Origin: an uncultured bacterium
GTDB lineage: Bacteria > Bacillota > Clostridia > Lachnospirales > Lachnospiraceae
DNA length: 64,000 nt
Reading direction: 5' to 3'
Assembly (NCBI GenBank): GCA_947383005.1
Contig: CANDBT010000017.1
Span: 6,705 to 70,704, forward strand
In this document: in pieces, positions 17,744 through 25,460 of the stretch
Numbering within the stretch: the first letter of the stretch is position 1
Layout of the letters: the number at the start of each line of letters is the position of its first letter
Made by a program: the position numbers and the translations under genes
Notes under the pieces: model-generated
Seen by the model: only the letters and a program-made list of their open reading frames with translations
The model's database searches: none
What the model was told of the DNA's origin: nothing

Positions 17744-18154
17744 ATGGGGATGGAGGAAAATGCAGGGCGGCAGGCAGAGGGTGGACAAAAGGAGTGGGAG
17801 GGAGGGAAGTTGTTTGACGGTGAGTACAGGCTGATGGATTTAATTTGGGATAATGAGCCTATACGCTCAATGGAGCTGGTGCGGTTATGTGAAAAACGGC
17901 TTGGCTGGAAGAAATCTACTTGCTTTACCGTTCTGAAAAAGCTGTCCCAGAGAAACCTTGTGAGAAACCAGGAAGCAGTAGTAACGGCGCTTATTAAGCG
18001 TGAAGAGGTGCAAAAAAGGGAAAGCGAGATAGTAGTGGACAAGAACTTTGGCGGATCGCTTCCGGCCTTTGTGACAGCTTTTTTGTCAGGGAGAAAATTG
18101 ACGAAAAAAGAGGCGGATGAAATTCGTGAAATGATTGAGAAAGCGGTGAGATAA
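17744..18154 (+). CDS. BlaI/MecI/CopY family transcriptional repressor
   Basis: Winged-helix N-terminus (YRLMDLIWDNEPIRSMELVRLCEKRLGWKKSTCFTVLKKLSQRNLV). Directly abuts an M56 BlaR1-like gene. The ATG at 17744 has GGAGGGAGG 5 nt upstream. Confidence 0.8.
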   Translation: MGMEENAGRQAEGGQKEWEGGKLFDGEYRLMDLIWDNEPIRSMELVRLCEKRLGWKKSTCFTVLKKLSQRNLVRNQEAVVTALIKREEVQKRESEIVVDKNFGGSLPAFVTAFLSGRKLTKKEADEIREMIEKAVR

Positions 18155-20494
18155 ATGGAAGGGATGATGATTCGGCTTTTGAATATGAGTTTTGCGGCAG
18201 GGTGTACTGCTATGGTGGTGATGTTTTTGCGCCTGTTTTTGCGGCGGCTGCCCAAAGGATATTCTTATGCCTTGTGGATGTGCGTATTGTTCCGTTTTTT
18301 GTGCCCGGTGGTGATTCCCTCGCCATTTTCTTTGCTGCCGATGAATGCAGAGCCGGTGAAGCAGGAGATCGTGTATCAGGAGGAGCCGGAGATTGAAACA
18401 GGCGTGATTTGGATTGACCGGGCGGTAAACGGTGTTGTGGGAGAGCGGTTGGCAGTACAGGATGCGGCGAATTCCATAAATCCGGTTCAAGTATGGCTCG
18501 CCATCGGTTTTATGGTGTGGGTGGCCGGCGTATCGGTATTTGTGGGTTATTATTTGCTGCGTATGTTGTATCTGCGCCGGAAGCTGACAGCGGCAATTGA
18601 AAAAAAGGGAGTACGTGTTGGCAAGAAGCAGAAAGTTTTGGTGAGAGAATCGGACCAGATTGACGGCGCGTTTGTGATGGGGATTGTTCATCCGGCGATC
18701 TATCTGCCTGCCGGGATGGACGAGGAAAACCGGGAATATGTTTTGCGTCATGAGATAGAGCACATTCGCCGAAAGGATTATCTGGTGAAGATGCTGGGGC
18801 TTTTGTCTGTAGCTGTTCATTGGTTTAATCCCCTTTCCTGGATTAGTTTCCGGCTGTTATGCGCGGATATGGAAATGTCTTGTGACGAGAGGGTGCTGAG
18901 AGAGTCGCATCAGGATGAGCGAGGCGCATATTCACGCGCGTTGTTGGCTGAAGCGGAGAAAAGAAGCGGGCTGCTTCCGCTTGCTTTTGGGAAAAATTTC
19001 ACTTATCGCCGGATTCGGAATATTTTGGCTTATCACAGGCGAGGGGCCGTCTTGATGACCGTGGTTGCCGTGATACTGGGGGGCATCGGTATAGGGCTTG
19101 TGACCAGCCCGGGGCAGAAGGAAGGGGCAGGGAATCCAAGTAAAGCGGATGCCGGACAGGAGGAGAAGGCCACGGAGGAAACCCCGGCATCTGTTTCGAT
19201 CATTGGAGGTGCAGACGGGCCGACCAGTATTTTTGTGGCGGGAAAGTTGGGGGATGAGGAAGGCGGAGGCTGGCAAAAAGAAAGGCCCGATTCCCAATGG
19301 CTGGCTTCGGTAAGCCTGAAGAATCCGGCGGTTCTTGATTTCGCTTCTGAAGACAGCCTGATTTTCCATGGCGATTTCGGTTTTTTTTCCTTTGAAAAAG
19401 GAGAAGACGGCAGATGGGAGCAGCAGATTTTTGTGGCGGATGCCCAGGCAGGGGAAGAAATGGCCCGGATAATCTGTCAGGATAAGGTGATGGGAGCGGA
19501 AGGGATTCATCTGGAGGATGCTATGAAGGGACATTCTTCGCATGAAGAAAGCAGCCGGAATATCGAGTGTGGCGTGAATAAAATGGCAGATGGGCGGATA
19601 GCCGTGCTGGGGACATGGGCGCCGGAGGAAGGGGAGGGCCGTCTGATTGACTTGTATTACGGCTATTATGATCCCCAGGAACAAGAGATGAGGCAGGTAT
19701 TTTTGTTTATGGGGGACGGGAAGGAGATTGAGAATCCGCAAGGGGAAATCAGCGAGAGCAGATGGCTGTTCGAACGGGACGGGTTTGACTATTATATAAG
19801 GACGCCAAGAAGCCCCCTGCCGTTTGAACAGTCAGGAAATGTGGCGCAGAGATTGTATCATAGCCCGTATGGGCGGATGGAACTGGCAAAAAGCGGGGAA
19901 GGCAAAGAGGAACTGCTGGATAATCTGGTGTATATAGAGAAAAGAAATCGGCAGAAAATGGTATTGACAGAAGAGCGGCTGATTTACCAGGGATTTGCGG
20001 AGGCAACCGTGATTGCGGTGAAACGTACTCTGCCGGTGAGTATCCGTATGGACGGCAGCGACAGGCGGGTAGGAGATGTCCGCTATGGGACGGCAGATGG
20101 GCTGTGTTACGCGGATGGTTATCTTTATTATGAAGGATGGAGCAACGAAGGAGCTTTTCCCAAACCGCTTATGCGGATGAAGCCGGATTTTACGGAAGAG
20201 GAAAAAGTAGGCGAACTGCCGGGGAGCTTGATTACGGTCAGGGATGGCGGAGCCTGTTTGTGGATAGATTGGGAGACGAAACAGATTATGGCAGGGTCGG
20301 TGGAGAAAATGGGAGATTCGAAAGAATATTGGGAATATCTGAAAAACGGAGAAACCGGCAGGCGGGAGACATGCAGAATGAAAAATATGGGGGACGGTTA
20401 TCTGCAGGTCGTGCTTACCAATGCAGACAATCCGTCTGAAGAGGAGATATTCTGGCTGTGGCTTCCATCAAATATGTGGGATGAGGAGTTTTAG
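18155..20494 (+). CDS. BlaR1/MecR1-like M56 peptidase-domain membrane sensor with a long uncharacterised C-terminal domain
   Basis: N-terminal TM segments and zinc motif RHEIEHIRRKDY (HExxH). After a further TM (GAVLMTVVAVILGGIGIGLV) about 470 aa follow that I cannot assign to a penicillin-binding fold by eye. Confidence 0.78.
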   Translation: MEGMMIRLLNMSFAAGCTAMVVMFLRLFLRRLPKGYSYALWMCVLFRFLCPVVIPSPFSLLPMNAEPVKQEIVYQEEPEIETGVIWIDRAVNGVVGERLAVQDAANSINPVQVWLAIGFMVWVAGVSVFVGYYLLRMLYLRRKLTAAIEKKGVRVGKKQKVLVRESDQIDGAFVMGIVHPAIYLPAGMDEENREYVLRHEIEHIRRKDYLVKMLGLLSVAVHWFNPLSWISFRLLCADMEMSCDERVLRESHQDERGAYSRALLAEAEKRSGLLPLAFGKNFTYRRIRNILAYHRRGAVLMTVVAVILGGIGIGLVTSPGQKEGAGNPSKADAGQEEKATEETPASVSIIGGADGPTSIFVAGKLGDEEGGGWQKERPDSQWLASVSLKNPAVLDFASEDSLIFHGDFGFFSFEKGEDGRWEQQIFVADAQAGEEMARIICQDKVMGAEGIHLEDAMKGHSSHEESSRNIECGVNKMADGRIAVLGTWAPEEGEGRLIDLYYGYYDPQEQEMRQVFLFMGDGKEIENPQGEISESRWLFERDGFDYYIRTPRSPLPFEQSGNVAQRLYHSPYGRMELAKSGEGKEELLDNLVYIEKRNRQKMVLTEERLIYQGFAEATVIAVKRTLPVSIRMDGSDRRVGDVRYGTADGLCYADGYLYYEGWSNEGAFPKPLMRMKPDFTEEEKVGELPGSLITVRDGGACLWIDWETKQIMAGSVEKMGDSKEYWEYLKNGETGRRETCRMKNMGDGYLQVVLTNADNPSEEEIFWLWLPSNMWDEEF

Positions 20495-20517
20495 AGGAAG
20501 TTAAAAAAATCCATATC

Positions 20518-20546
20518 TTGACACCAATGGCAGAATCTGATACTAT
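20518..20546 (+). promoter_or_regulatory. Sigma-A-type promoter TTGACA-N17-TACTAT driving the metK leader
   Basis: Read directly. It lies about 40 nt upstream of riboswitch helix P1. Confidence 0.55.
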
Positions 20547-20585
20547 AGCTTTGTAACAAAAAATAACAATTGAAAAGTGCGTAAT

Positions 20586-20786
20586 CCCTTATTCAGAGTG
20601 ATGGAGATACAAAGGATCTGTGAAGTCACGGCAACCCCGGGCAGAAGTGCGCTGAGATGCTTTTTGTAGGATCGGACAAGATATCAGGGAATGGATATCG
20701 AAACCTGGTCAGCTAAAAGAGTCAAGAAAGCGGCAAGAGTGTGCGGAAGGTGCCAACCTGAGCGAGAAATCGAGCAATAAGAGGAT
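20586..20786 (+). promoter_or_regulatory. SAM-I (S-box) riboswitch with an unusually long insertion in the P3 region
   Basis: Hallmarks CCCTTATTCAGAGTGATGGAGA (P1/P2), GAAGTCACGGCAACC, AAGGTGCCAACCTGAGC, and closing AATAAGAGG. It sits upstream of metK, the classical S-box context. Confidence 0.72.
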
Positions 20787-20805
20787 TTGATGTGCAAAGA
20801 ATATC

Positions 20806-20843
20806 AAGTCCGCAGTATGATTGCTTCGGGCTTTTCTTTTGTT
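20806..20843 (+). terminator. Candidate riboswitch expression-platform terminator
   Basis: Stem AAGTCCG/CGGGCTT (7 bp, one G-U) with a 14-nt loop, followed by TTCTTTTGTT. Confidence 0.45.
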
Positions 20844-20868
20844 CGGATTTCCGTCCACCCGGAAATCT

Positions 20869-20922
20869 GATGCTTCTTGTCCGTATAGACGGGCAGGAAG
20901 ATACCCGGCTGAACTGTTACAA
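20869..20922. repeat. Hairpin repeat, family H, inside the metK leader
   Basis: GATGCTTCTTGTCCGTATAGACGGGCAGGAAGATACCCGGCTGAACTGTTACAA. Stem CTTCTTGTCCG/CGGGCAGGAAG and the GAACTGTTACAA tail are shared with 24511..24552 and 55600..55624. Confidence 0.6.
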
Positions 20923-20948
20923 TTTAAGACTTAAAGGAGGAAGAATCA

Positions 20949-22136
20949 GTGGAAAAGTTATTGTTTACATCGGAGTCGGTGACTGAAGGACATCCGGATA
21001 AGATGTGCGATGCGATTTCGGATGCCGTGCTGGATGCGTTGATCGAACAGGATCCGATGAGCCGTGTGGCCTGTGAGACATGCACAACGACAGGCTTGGT
21101 GCTGGTTATGGGAGAAATTACGACTAAAGGTTATGTGGATATCCAAAAGATTGTTCGGGATACGGTGAGGGAAATCGGCTATGATAACGCGTCTTATGGA
21201 TTTGACTGCAATACCTGCGGCGTGATTGTGGCCTTGGATGAGCAGTCCGGGGATATCGCCATGGGTGTGGATAAAGCGCTGGAGGCGAAGGAAAACCGGA
21301 TGAGCGACAGTGAATTGGCATCTATCGGCGCCGGCGACCAGGGGATGATGTTTGGTTTTGCCAGCAATGAGACGGAGGAATATATGCCTTATCCGATTGC
21401 GTTGGCCCATAAGCTGGTACGCCGTCTGACCGAGGTGCGCAAAAACGGCACGCTGCCTTATTTACGCCCGGATGGGAAGAGCCAGGTGACGGTGGAGTAT
21501 GACGAGGATGGCAAGCCTCTTCGGTTAGAGGCGGTTGTGCTTTCTACCCAGCATGATGCGGATGTGGAGCAGGAGCAGATTCACCGGGATGTGAAGAAAT
21601 ATGTCTTTGACGAGGTGCTGCCGCCTCATTTGATTGATAAGGATACGAAATTTTTTATTAATCCTACGGGACGGTTCGTCATTGGCGGCCCTCATGGGGA
21701 CAGCGGCCTGACAGGCAGGAAGATTATTGTGGATACCTATGGCGGTTATGCCCGTCATGGCGGCGGTGCGTTTTCCGGAAAGGACTGCACAAAAGTAGAT
21801 CGTTCTGCTGCTTATGCGGCACGGTATGCGGCGAAGAACCTGGTGGCAGCGGGCCTGGCGGACAAATGTGAGATTCAGCTTTCTTACGCTATCGGTGTGG
21901 CTCATCCCACATCGATTATGGTGGATACCTTCGGTACAGGGAAACTAAGCAACGAGAAATTGGTGGAAATTATTCGTGAAAATTTTGATCTGCGTCCGGC
22001 AGGGATAATCAAAATGCTGGATTTGCGGCGGCCGATTTACCGGCAGACATCTGCTTACGGGCATTTTGGAAGAACCGATGTGGATTTCCCTTGGGAGCGA
22101 TTGGATAAGGTGGAAATTCTGAAGAAATATTTGTAA
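20949..22136 (+). CDS. metK: S-adenosylmethionine synthetase
   Basis: [62 protein letters not shown] start with AAAGGAGGAAG upstream. Confidence 0.95.
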   Translation: MEKLLFTSESVTEGHPDKMCDAISDAVLDALIEQDPMSRVACETCTTTGLVLVMGEITTKGYVDIQKIVRDTVREIGYDNASYGFDCNTCGVIVALDEQSGDIAMGVDKALEAKENRMSDSELASIGAGDQGMMFGFASNETEEYMPYPIALAHKLVRRLTEVRKNGTLPYLRPDGKSQVTVEYDEDGKPLRLEAVVLSTQHDADVEQEQIHRDVKKYVFDEVLPPHLIDKDTKFFINPTGRFVIGGPHGDSGLTGRKIIVDTYGGYARHGGGAFSGKDCTKVDRSAAYAARYAAKNLVAAGLADKCEIQLSYAIGVAHPTSIMVDTFGTGKLSNEKLVEIIRENFDLRPAGIIKMLDLRRPIYRQTSAYGHFGRTDVDFPWERLDKVEILKKYL

Positions 22137-22191
22137 AGTTCGTACAATTTTGCGCGTTTGATGTGCTGACTGTGCGAAAACATAAATTATT

Positions 22192-22345
22192 GTTCACGGG
22201 GCGCATTTTCTTGTCCGGCTACGCCGAACAAGAAGCATCAGGCGTTCGCTCGATGGGGAAAACTGGATGAAAACAGTCTTATAAGCAAACTTGACGCCTG
22301 TTTTCATCCGTTTTCCCCGCCCCGTGAGCTGTTACAAATATTATG
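22192..22345. repeat. 150-bp structured element, family Y, copy 2
   Basis: Collinear with 14128..14277 (GTTCACGGGGCGCATTTTCTTGTCCGGCTACGCCGAACAAGAAGCATCAGGCGTTCGC...CCCCGCCCCGTGAGCTGTTAC). Confidence 0.75.
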
Positions 22346-22409
22346 AAAACAGGAATGAGCAGGACAGAAAATGGCTTGACAGATGATTTACCGGTATAAA
22401 AGGAAAGGA

Positions 22410-22453
22410 GAATCTCCGGGCTGTGGTGCAACACGGTTCGGGGATTCTTTTTT
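22410..22453 (+). terminator. Rho-independent terminator (first convincing one downstream of metK)
   Basis: GAATCTCCGGGC-tgtggtgcaacac-GGTTCGGGGATTC followed by TTTTTT. Confidence 0.65.
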
Positions 22454-22490
22454 GTGTCATGGGAAATTGTGTCCTATGACATAAAAACGT

Positions 22491-22516
22491 TCCGTAAGGC
22501 AGTACTAGTGGCACTC
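22491..22516. repeat. Degenerate fragment of repeat family Z
   Basis: CCGTAAGGCAGTACTAGTGGCACTCG resembles CCGCAATGCAGTACTAG plus GGCACTCG of the 51156 copy. Confidence 0.35.
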
Positions 22517-22728
22517 GTTTAATAACGACCGAAGTGGAACGTAGATCGCATTGCGTCGGAAAGGAAGATGGCTACTGTTGCAGCTTGTCTGCAGCGATAA
22601 AAGTTAGCTTTAAGCAACGATTAAGGAAAACGTAAGAGAACGTAAGATGGAGCAGACTTGCATTTGAGGGATAAATGGATATAATTAGGAATATCATAAA
22701 AAATATGGTACAGATTAAAAATGCTTAT

Positions 22729-22744
22729 GGAGAGACTCCGAGAG
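22729..22744. repeat. Isolated MITE-terminus-like fragment GGAGAGACTCCGAGAGG
   Basis: Matches the right end of MITE copy A (AGAGAGACTCCGAGAGT) in 15 of 16 overlapping positions. It sits at the same distance from an RBS as in copy A. Confidence 0.4.
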
Positions 22745-22775
22745 GATATGAGACGAAAAAAGGAGGCAGAAAGAG

Positions 22776-24503
22776 TTGATTAAGAAGAACCGGATGATTA
22801 AAACGGTGATGGTGATGGCCATGGTGGTATTGATGGCAGGGATAAATAGCGTAGGAGCGTTGGCTGCGCCTGCGACAGAAAATGTGCCTGATGGGGGCAG
22901 CAGGCCGGCTCCGACAGAATTTGCCCACATACTAAGCTGTGCTATCGAAGGAGGAAATCAGATTGCCATTCGCGGACAGATGGAGGGGACCTGGTCGGAT
23001 GCCTCCGTTTATGACAATTATTTGTATCTGTTTGAACTGCAGCCCTATCAGGATGATTTAACGGGCAGAAGTGATTATTGCGGATGGATCACCAAGGGAG
23101 AGGAGTTGTCTTTTACGATTCCTCTGAATTTGGGTACGGAGCAAAACCGGCTTTATTCCCGATTTGTTGTGGCGGTGTTTGACGGGGAGAAATATACGCA
23201 GGTCAGCAATACTGCTTATGTGACCAATCCGGAATCCCTGGCTAAACATACCGAACCTTACAGGCAGGCAGTAAACAAAAAAGGCCTGCTGATTCAAAAT
23301 ACGGACAGTATGGTATCGGATGCTTTTGAGCTGGGTGTGAATCATGTGATTGTGAATATTCCGTTCCATCATATTTTGGGTCAAGGCATCGACTATGTTT
23401 ATGATGGCAAAAATTATAGCTTTAATAAAGAATTGATGGAGAATCTGGATTATACCATCCGGAGAATGTCGGAAAAAAGCATGACGGTTACGGCGGTGAT
23501 TTTGAATGGGTGGAATGACCAGACACCACAGTTGTTTTATCCGGGAGTGACCAGACAGCCGGATAATCAGGTGTTTTATTATGGCTTTAATGCCTCGACA
23601 AAAGAAGGCTATGAAACCATCAAAGCCATAGCTTCTTTTTTGGCAGAACGGTACAGCAGCCTGGCTTCGCCCTATGGAAAAGTGTCGAATTGGATTATCG
23701 GCAATGAAATCAACAACCAACAGTGGAATTATATGGGGCCGATGGGGATTGACCAGTATATACAGGAATACGAGCGCGCTTTCCGGGTATTTTACACGGC
23801 GATTCGCAGCACAAATCAAAATGACCGCTTGTTTTTCTCCACCGATTATAATTGGAACCATGAGGCCAACGGTACGACAAAATATAATGCTAAAGACATT
23901 GTAGACCGCTTTGCGGATAAGACGGGGGCAGGAGGCCCTATGGACTGGGGATTGGCGTACCATCCGTATTCCATTCCTTTGACAGAGCCGGAATTTTGGG
24001 ATGATGATCAGACCGGGCTGATTACTTTTGATAGCAGTTCTCCGGTTGTAAATTTAAAAAATCTGCAGGTTTTGACGGATTATATGCAAAACGGCGCACT
24101 ATTGGGAAGGAATGGACAAGTGAGGCATATTATCCTGTCGGAGCAGGGTTTTACTTCTACCAGCGCTACCCGTGGCGAGAATAATGATTTACAGGCGGCT
24201 GCCATCGCTTATGCTTATTATGTTGCGGACAGCAATCCCTATATTGATGCTTTCATTATGAGCCGGCAGGTGGATGCACCATCGGAAGCGGCTGCTTCCC
24301 AGACCTTTGGGCTCTGGAGATGCGATATGAATCAGCCCAATGACATTGTGCCTACAATGCGTAAAAAGTCCTGGTCGGTATACAAAAATATTGATAACCG
24401 CAAAATGACGTTGGAGGCGACGGAGTTCGCCAAATCGATAATCGGGATTGAAAAATGGAGTGATGTGATTCCTGATTTCCGGTGGAGGGCACAGGAAAAA
24501 TAA
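22776..24503 (+). CDS. Secreted TIM-barrel glycoside-hydrolase-like protein (clan GH-A-like signature), specificity unknown
   Basis: Signal peptide MIKTVMVMAMVVLMAGINSVGALA. WIIGNEINNQQWNY (Asn-Glu acid/base motif) and ILSEQGFTS (candidate nucleophile Glu), spaced as in clan-A hydrolases. TTG start 9 nt after AGGAGG. Confidence 0.6.
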   Translation: MIKKNRMIKTVMVMAMVVLMAGINSVGALAAPATENVPDGGSRPAPTEFAHILSCAIEGGNQIAIRGQMEGTWSDASVYDNYLYLFELQPYQDDLTGRSDYCGWITKGEELSFTIPLNLGTEQNRLYSRFVVAVFDGEKYTQVSNTAYVTNPESLAKHTEPYRQAVNKKGLLIQNTDSMVSDAFELGVNHVIVNIPFHHILGQGIDYVYDGKNYSFNKELMENLDYTIRRMSEKSMTVTAVILNGWNDQTPQLFYPGVTRQPDNQVFYYGFNASTKEGYETIKAIASFLAERYSSLASPYGKVSNWIIGNEINNQQWNYMGPMGIDQYIQEYERAFRVFYTAIRSTNQNDRLFFSTDYNWNHEANGTTKYNAKDIVDRFADKTGAGGPMDWGLAYHPYSIPLTEPEFWDDDQTGLITFDSSSPVVNLKNLQVLTDYMQNGALLGRNGQVRHIILSEQGFTSTSATRGENNDLQAAAIAYAYYVADSNPYIDAFIMSRQVDAPSEAAASQTFGLWRCDMNQPNDIVPTMRKKSWSVYKNIDNRKMTLEATEFAKSIIGIEKWSDVIPDFRWRAQEK

Positions 24504-24510
24504 AACGTGA

Positions 24511-24552
24511 CAGTTCAGACGGGCAAGAAGATACCCGTCTGAACTGTTACAA
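24511..24552. repeat. Hairpin repeat, family H (13-bp perfect stem CAGTTCAGACGGG/CCCGTCTGAACTG) plus TTACAA tail
   Basis: Starts 8 nt after the stop codon. There is no T tract, so it is not a canonical terminator. Confidence 0.7.
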
Positions 24553-24554
24553 TT

Positions 24555-24747
24555 GTTACTGTTCACACTATGGCTAATCACTCCGCTGATTAGCCATGGA
24601 CAGATAACATTATGGGAGCAAGGCATATGCCCCCGTCTACACTCCGTTCCGGTCGGTTCTAAACAAGCGCCACTGGCGCTTAGAACCCGAAGGCAATTTA
24701 ACATGGGCATATGCGGTTACGTTCACAGGGTACCTGTGAACAGTAAC
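24555..24747. repeat. Nested-palindrome complex, family R, copy 1 (bounded by GTTACTGTTCAC / GTGAACAGTAAC)
   Basis: Contains hairpins ATGGCTAATCA/TGATTAGCCAT, GGTTCTAA..AGCGCC/GGCGCT..TAGAACC and GTTCACAGG/CCTGTGAAC. Segments are shared with 48814..48978, 55484..55624 and 29090..29154. Confidence 0.75.
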
Positions 24748-24783
24748 TTACAATTTTTACGTTGCTTTAACGCCAAAAAGAAA

Positions 24784-24812
24784 TTTACAAGCATTGTATT
24801 CTGCGTTATAAT
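24784..24812 (+). promoter_or_regulatory. Sigma-A-type promoter TTTACA-N17-TATAAT
   Basis: Read directly, 67 nt upstream of the 24879 start. Confidence 0.5.
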
Positions 24813-24878
24813 GTAATGTAGTTCGTTCAGTTTTGTGAAAAATGGCTGCGGCAGCAAGAAACAGACAGGGCATTATAG

Positions 24879-25409
24879 ATGGGAAAAAGAGATGAAGGAC
24901 GAAATAAAGGGAGGAAGACGGCGCTGTACGGAATGCTGATTGGACTGGCCTTTATATTTAGTTATGTGGAGGCGATGATTCCCATGCCGATTCCTGTGCC
25001 CGGGGTGAAGCTGGGGCTGGCCAATCTGGTCAATGTGGTTGGTTTGTATACCATAGGTTTGGCGGGGACAGTGGTGATAGCTTTGGTTCGCATTGTGCTG
25101 GTGGGATTTACCTTTGGCAATATGTTTAGTATGCTGTATGGGCTGGCAGGAGGCGTGGTAAGCCTGGCGGCTATGATTGCGGGGAAAAAGTGCCCGTGTT
25201 TTGGGACGGTTGGTGTCAGCATATTGGGTGGGATTTTCCATAATATCGGTCAGTTGGGTATCGCAGCGTTTGTGGTCAGGACAACCGGCGTCTTTTCGTA
25301 TTTGCCTGTGCTTTTGGCGGCAGGAGTAATTACCGGGATGATAATCGGCCTGCTGGGCGGCTTGGTTATCGAGCGAATCAGGCCAGTGGCGAAAAATTTT
25401 GGCTGCTGA
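24879..25409 (+). CDS. Gx transporter family membrane protein (formerly 'heptaprenyl diphosphate synthase component I'-like)
   Basis: Small polytopic protein. N-terminal LYGMLIGLAFIFSYVEAMIPMPIPVPGVKLGLANLV is characteristic of that family. The assignment is from memory of family sequences. Confidence 0.65.
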   Translation: MGKRDEGRNKGRKTALYGMLIGLAFIFSYVEAMIPMPIPVPGVKLGLANLVNVVGLYTIGLAGTVVIALVRIVLVGFTFGNMFSMLYGLAGGVVSLAAMIAGKKCPCFGTVGVSILGGIFHNIGQLGIAAFVVRTTGVFSYLPVLLAAGVITGMIIGLLGGLVIERIRPVAKNFGC

Positions 25410-25460
25410 ACAGATGCAGAGGGGAAAGCAGCTTAATTATAAATAAACAGGAGGCTCAAC

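Noticed and set aside
22376-22400. Promoter TTGACA...TATAAA just before the 22410 terminator, which would imply a tiny orphan transcript of about 50 nt.
   Set aside because: The spacer between the hexamers is only 13 nt (15 nt to a poorer TAAAAG). The hairpin is explained more simply as the metK terminator.
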